Assembly (NCBI GenBank): GCA_013265495.1
Contig: MU059330.1
Coordinates: 14,021,980 to 14,085,979, forward strand
Origin: Vicugna vicugna
Lineage: Eukaryota
Length of the DNA: 64,000 nt
Direction of reading: 5' to 3'
In this document: in pieces, positions 58,009 to 64,000 of the stretch
Position numbering within the stretch: the stretch's first letter is position 1
Layout of the letters: the number at the start of each line of letters is the position of its first letter
The notes under the pieces: model-generated
Seen by the model: only the letters and a program-made list of their open reading frames with translations
The model's database searches: none
Told to the model about the DNA's origin: nothing
Translations under genes and position numbers: made by a program

Positions 58009-59845
58009 GACAGAAGGTTCTCCCCACCGCCGCCGCCCGGCTGCTGCGGCAACAGCGTCCGGTTTCGCCCTCCCACACGTGCTGTCCCCACCCTCAGGCC
58101 TGAGGACCTGGCGGGGCCAGCGCGCGGCCCTGTGCGGAGCACTGGAGGGAGTGGCCTGGTCTGCACACGGGGGCTCCTGGGGGCGTGTCCGGGCTCTCCC
58201 TCCGGCAGGTGCTCGAGGCCGGGCCCCCGGTGTCACTTTGTGCCCCCCCCCCCCTCCAGCAACCTGGGTTTCAGTTTCCATCCACCTCTCCCACCTGCCG
58301 CCCCCCGCCCCCGGCCCCGGTCCACTCTCGGCAGCTGGGCCCCGTGCGTGCATGCGCACTTGAGAAACGGGACGTGTCCCCTGCGTCTGATCCCAGCAGC
58401 GAGTCCCGACCGCCGAGGAGGCAGGGCAGAGCCGCCGTCTGATTTTTAAACATTTCTATATTTGCAGGAGCTCATGAGGATTTTATAAACTTCATTTAGA
58501 TACTCCAGGAAACATTCAGCTTTTTTTTATAAAGAGAACATTGTTTTTCTACTTCGTTTTCCTTTGAGGGTCAGAGGATATTTATTTATATGCCCTTTTT
58601 TGATAGAACCTGAGGCTGCGTGGGGCTCTGAGCGCGCCTCCCCGGCCTCCCCTGGCCAGGCCGCTGCTTCTGCTGGGGCGCCGTGGGCGCCCGGCCCCAA
58701 CCGCTCTCCTGCCTCCTTGATCCTTTTCAGATGCCGCTGTTTTTATTACTACTTGGGGTTTCTGTTGCAATATGGCAGAATCCACTCCGCCGTAGCGTCA
58801 ACTCTAATCAGAGCGCCGGGTGCTGGTGAGATAAGTCAGGCAGAAGGTGGAAGCGGGAAGGGAGTCCCCAGGTCAGGAGCCCTGGGGGCCCGTGACGCTC
58901 CGGGAGGCCCGGCCGTGGCTGAGTGTGCCCCCCCACCCCCTGTGGCTCTGAGACCATGAGCCGTTGGTGGGGGAAGGTGTGGGCGCAGTGGGGACGGGCG
59001 GTGGGCGGCCGGGGGGCGGGAGGCTGGGGCAGCAGCACCTTGGGCTTGGGAGGAAGCTCCCTGCCCTCTTACGAAGGCGCCTTGATTCCCTTCCTTGGGA
59101 CGCAGTCAGAGACCTGCCATCAAGGCACAGTCACAACCACACACTCACCTTTGTCCCCTCAGGCAGAACCTCTGGGCTTCGTGGGGAAATTTATTTTAAT
59201 TTCTGAGAAAATTGGATTTTTTCTTGGGGGCCTCTCTGTGGAAAGTGGCTGCCAGGGCCAGGAGCGCAGGGAAGACGTCTGCTAACTTCCTGAGGCACAG
59301 AGGCTTGGCAAGAGGGAGGCGCCTCCGCTTCCGTTCATGCCGAGGCCCCTCCCGCCCCGGGTGGGGCCACCTGGCATCGTTCAGGGCGTCGGGCCCGCCG
59401 GACACAGAACCCCCAGCGCAGCCCTGGTGGCGAACAGGACTGACCTGGTGGTCGTGGAGCGCGTAAAGGTTCGCTTTGGAAGAGAACCCCGCACGTGGCA
59501 TGAGGGAGGTGAACAAGCTGAGATGTTCTGAGGGAGGCCTCGGCCCCCGTCTGCGCATGAAGGGCTTTCGAATGAGGCGCCGCTGCGCGCTTTCAGGGAA
59601 AAGTCTCTGACAGACAGACCGTGAATGGATGTTTGTTCCTCCTGATTCTCCTTCACAGAACTGAGTTGCGGGCAGCCAGAGCGGGGGTGTACTTAGTCTG
59701 GGAGTCGAATCCGCGGAGGGTGAGGAGGGGGCGGCCACCCGCCTGCGGGGGTCCCGCCGGGGTCCGAGGGCGGGTGGGACGGGCACCCACAGGCAACTTC
59801 AGGTTTTCAGTGGAACGAATAAAACCTAGTTTATGTGCTTGCGGC
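58009..59845 (+). other. LPCAT1: LPCAT1 3' UTR (about 1.8 kb; 3' end approximate)
   Basis: Runs from the stop codon to the first AATAAA I found; includes an AU-rich block at about 58440-58610. Confidence 0.65.
59818..59823 (+). terminator. Polyadenylation signal AATAAA, likely for LPCAT1
   Basis: First AATAAA seen downstream of the stop, followed by a GU/U-rich tract (ttatgtgcttgcggctgtgtttgttacgtgtggtttt) as expected for a CstF downstream element. Confidence 0.7.
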
Positions 59846-61429
59846 TGTGTTTGTTACGTGTGGTTTTCTAATTAGAAAAACAGCAGACCTGACTTGGGCC
59901 GCGGCAGGCGCGCCAGCCCGGCTGAGATTTCTCTTGCTGCTCTTCCAGCATGTTGGGAAAACACAGCACTCGGAATTCTGCAGAGAAGGCTTTCTGGATC
60001 CCAAAGGGAAGGTCTGGATGTTCCCGTACCACGTGGATGGTGGCCAGCGTGTTACAGAACTCAGCCTTGTACGGCTGTTTGCTGACCTGGAGCGTTGGCT
60101 TCTGCAGTTTCTCCGTGTCACACACACGCCTTAAACACGCGCTTTGTGGAGCAGAGAGAAACGTCAGTCTCGCACTTGGCCCGCCTCTTAAATCAGCGAA
60201 GGGTGTAGAAATAGACATAAGAGGAAGAGCTGACATGTTAATCCCCAAAACCGGATAAGAGAGGCGAGCTGCGTACGCGGCCACGGCTTCGGGATCGAGT
60301 GGCACTCGGGGCGCTGTTCCTGCGACAGCTCTGGGAAGCGCGCGCGGACCCCGCCGGGCCGGAGCGGAGCGTGTGCCCCGAGCCGAGCTGTTTACCTCTT
60401 CCTTCGTGCTCACAGGCACTTGCTCTTCCTGACATAGTAAACAGGCATTGCCTGCGTATTGGTTGAATCGTTCTCCTGTTCTTAAGTGAAGGAAGAGGCT
60501 AAAGCGAAGCCAGGGTCTGGTCATTCCCAACTCCCCGTCGGAGGACTGGAGAGCAGCCTCCGGGCGTCAGTGGTGGGGCCGGGGCGGTGGCTGCTCTGTG
60601 CCCCAAGATTTGGGTCAGCAAACAGTTCCTCCTCACCCGCCTCTTCTCAGGCAGCCCCCGGTCCGACAGCACAGCCCTGTCCTGGGGCCCCGCCAGGCGC
60701 ACACACAGGGATGGAGAGGGTGCTGGAGCTTCTGCACAAAAGCGAAGCGCACCAGCCCCTCAGGGTTCATGCGGGACCCTGTGTCCTGCAGACGAGGGCC
60801 ATGCAGGGAGGCCAGGAATGCTCGCAGACACAGTCACACAAGCCACCCTCCAGCCCTGGGGGTCACAGCCCTGTGTTCCGCTGGGAAGCACTCTCAAAGT
60901 GTGGTGGAGATCACCCTGTTAGGACGGACCCCCTCACTGAAGCTTCGACGTCATCGGGCCAGCTGCTTCTGGGGGTGGGGGCCTGGTCAGAGCGTCAGGC
61001 TTCCCTGTGCTGTCAAGTTCACCCCTTCGTGACGTAACATGAGGCGGCAACGGGAGCCAGCCGCTCGCTGCGCCTGCAAGTGCTGCTGGCGGAGGCTCAG
61101 AGGCAGAGACGGCAGGTCTGGACCTGGAATAGCGTGTTAAAATGAGGACAAGCGTTTCCCCTCCTGGCAGGAGGGCCCAGCCAGGCGTGCTGCCACCCAG
61201 GGAGGGGGCCGCATCGGGAGCCAAGTCCTGGGCCGGCATCTGACAAGGGGGGTCCAGCGATGGCCCCCCCGGCCTGGGCTGTTCCTGGTCACTCGGCTCC
61301 GGTGTAGGATCTGGGACTCACCCCAGTCCCTCCTTCCAGAGCCACGTTGTCACACTGGGCTCTCTGGGGGGAGAGGCAGGCCCCACCCATCACGTGCACA
61401 CTTGGGACAGGGCCACCCGAGACACAGAC

Positions 61430-62600
61430 TCGGAGAAAATGCCACGAGCCTGTGTGGGGCAACGCGCCGCCCCAGCAAAGCACAGACCAACAGGGGACCT
61501 GACCGAAAAAACACCAAGCGTCCTGCCACGGCGACTGGAGTCCCAGCGGAGGCGAGATTAGGACAGAAAAAATACTGGACAGAATATTGGCCAGAGCTCC
61601 CTCAAATCTATCAGCACAGATACCCGAGCAGCTCAGTTAGCCCAGCAGGACAGTCGTAACCGAAACAGCAAAGCAGGTCACAAAAGATTCTGGAAGTTGG
61701 TGGCAGTGAAAGCAGCCAGAGAGTAAGTCAGCTAGACTGCAATTTAAAAAAAGGGAAAAGGCAGGCAGGGAAAGAGCGCATCGTGGGGCCAGGCTAAGAG
61801 GAGTACACGTGGAGAGCAGGCTGTGCAGGGGGGTTAGTGTGATTTGAAGGCAGGTGGTGCACAGGTGAAAACGTGTTAAGTCTCCCAGGGAAAACACAGT
61901 GAAAACGTAGCGGTGTGACTAAAAAGCCAATAGCAGAAATAAAATGGGATTTTTAAAATGATAATTTCACTCAAACTGATCAGGAAAGTAAGGGGAGGGG
62001 GAGAAAGGACAGACAATAAACACAGAGCACAGCAAAGGGAAGGCTTGAATCCAGCTCTATCAGTAACCGCACGGAACACAGACTGAAGCTCCTAGACGAC
62101 AGCTGCGAGGCCAGACTGAGCCACAGCCACCAACCTGGCTGCACGCCGTCTAAACACACCCTGAAAGTTTAAAAAAAGGGAAATATAATATGCAGACGTA
62201 ACCACAAAAAGGCTGGTGTAGCAAGATTCAACCACACGAAGTGACCTTTAAGACGAGGAGAATCACGGTGTAGACAAACACTGAGCGATAGAAGGTTCAG
62301 TCCAGCTAAATGCGCGCGTCCCTCGCGACAGCTTAAAATACATTTAGCAAACAGGGGCGGAATGAAAAGGAGAAATAAACAAATCAGCAGAGCTGGAGAT
62401 TTTAACACACTTCTCTCCGTGAGCAGTAGAACCACCAGGGAAAGAAACACAATTATACGGAAAATGTGACCAACGCCGTTTACCACATTGACTGAATGGC
62501 CATTAAACATGCACATAAAGCAGCTGATCAAATAGACCCTATGCTTGGCTAGAGAGTAAATTTCAAGACATCTTAAAATGTTTAAATCACACCAAGTACG
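61430..62600 (+). mobile_element. Ancient L1M remnant (ORF1 into ORF2 endonuclease region)
   Basis: actggagtcccagc...gacagaaaaaatact...agcagctcagt (ORF1-like); ggctggtgtagc, agtgacctttaagac, gctggagattttaacacacttctctc (endonuclease-like). Confidence 0.65.
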
Positions 62601-62789
62601 CTCCCTCATTGAGAGGAAGCTCCCCACATTCCAGGGGCAGGACCGGGCTCCCAGCCCGCCAGCCGCACAGGAGCTGGCAGGTGTCCGCCCGGGGGCAGAG
62701 CAGCGCCAGGGCTGCAGCGCGGCCAGCCTCTGCCCCGTGGTTGCCAAGGGCCGCTCCGGCTCTGGGTAATTCTTTTAAACTTAGAGTGA

Positions 62790-63930
62790 ACTAGTCCGCA
62801 ATTTTGCTTCCAGTCAAGATGGCAAAACGGAGACTGGATTCGCCCTTCGTCCCAGAAGAGGTCACAGATGGAAACGCAGAGGGGTCTGCCTGAGTCGTGA
62901 AGAAAAAGTAACCCCTCCACAAACCCAAACCCAACCCCGGTCCCGCCAGACAGAGCTTAGAGGCAAGACCTGAAGGGACAGCCAACCCTCTGGGAGCAAC
63001 TTCCCTACGGCCCAAGGTTCCAGAACACTCAGGGGAACACAGCCGTCCAGCACCCAGAGAGGAAAGCTTACAACCCCTCAGACCCAGCCAGAGGCCACCG
63101 GAGGCAAGACGAGCGGGAAGGAAGACCCGTAGGCCCCACAGCCACACCCAGAAGCGAGTCTGGCCATGGCACTGACAGTCCCTGTGCAGCATACCTGGGC
63201 CCCTCGTTCAAACGCCCGCGAGGAGCGAGAGCGATGGTGCTTGGCTGAGACTGAAAGGTGTCTTTTAAATAGCACACATGCAGATTCTGTCGGTGACAAC
63301 CATGATGTTTGCAATGCAAGCTGCCCGGGTTGGGCTGGAGGGCGGATTCGGCGCCACAGAGGAGCCAGCAAGCGCACGTGAGGACACAGCAGTGGAGACT
63401 ATTCAGAGCAGCACAGAGAAGAGGGACAAGCAGCCGAGCTGAGCCCCAGCGAGCTGCGGGGCCTCCCGCCCCCCGACGCACGCGCTGCTGCGGCTCCCAC
63501 AGGGAAAGGGCGAACAGAGAAGTATGCGGAGGAACACTTCCCCAGATGCGGCACGAACTGTAAACCCGTGGATCCGAGGAGCTCAGTGAATTCCAAGCAC
63601 AAGAGCCGTGGAGGAAACTACATCAGGTGCATCGAAATCCACTGCTTAAAACAAAGAGAAAGTCAGAAACCAGAGGAAAAGGACACACTTCACGCAGAAG
63701 AACAGGGAGACACAGCGGATTTCTCTTCACAGACAACGGAAGCCAGAAGTCAGTGTCTGCCGAGTCTGCAGAGGAAAAGAGCACGGCCAGCCTGGATTCC
63801 TCACTCAGCAAAAATACCTTTCAAGGCAGAGGAATACAGATGTTTCCAGACACAAAAGCTGAAGGAATACACCACTGGCCAGCAGGCCTCGCCGCACAGT
63901 GTGAAAGCGAGTCCTTCAGGCAGGGGGGCA
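62790..63930 (+). mobile_element. Ancient L1M 5' end / ORF1 remnant
   Basis: ttgcttccagtcaagatggc 5'-end signature; track ORF 63568..63945 contains TADFSSQTTEARSQ and KIPFK...QKLKEYTT, resembling the L1 ORF1p C-terminal region. Confidence 0.7.
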
Positions 63931-64000
63931 GTGACTCCACTTTGAAATCCGGATCCACACGGGGGGCGAGGGGGCGCAGACATGACGGTCACAAGGGCGG

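Noticed and set aside
1-64000. Novel multi-gene system, CRISPR array, prokaryote-type operon or RNA gene
   Set aside because: The sequence is spliced mammalian DNA with one gene. I saw no regularly spaced repeat-spacer array, and no tRNA, rRNA or snRNA signature.

Overview
Mammalian genomic DNA, visibly GC- and CpG-rich, with one 96-N assembly gap (38618-38713). The window holds one complete protein-coding gene on the + strand, LPCAT1 (lysophosphatidylcholine acyltransferase 1). It has 14 coding exons from ATG 17044 to TAG 58008 (1602 nt, 533 aa), a CpG-island promoter, a ~16 kb first intron, a GC-AG intron 12 and a likely poly(A) signal at 59818. The rest is intergenic or intronic sequence with old L1 and MLT1 (MaLR LTR) remnants, a few younger L1 3' ends and simple repeats. 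The L1 3' ends look camelid-like and I saw no Alu, Bov-A/tA, PRE1, CHR or Can-SINEs, so a camelid origin is inferred but not proven. Almost all ORFs in the supplied track are chance ORFs of GC-rich DNA. I found no evidence of a new multi-gene system. The best leads are gene-regulatory: (1) a candidate unannotated 73-nt exon in intron 1 that could act as a poison exon or supply an alternative N-terminus; (2) a GC donor competing with a frameshifting GT donor 17 nt downstream; (3) loss of two Ca-ligand residues in EF-hand 1; (4) an NKX2/C-EBP/FOXA motif cluster in intron 1; (5) a strong CTCF site near exon 8; (6) AT-to-GC drift of ancient repeats consistent with GC-biased gene conversion. Comparisons with human LPCAT1 and with repeat consensus sequences are from memory and need confirmation by alignment.
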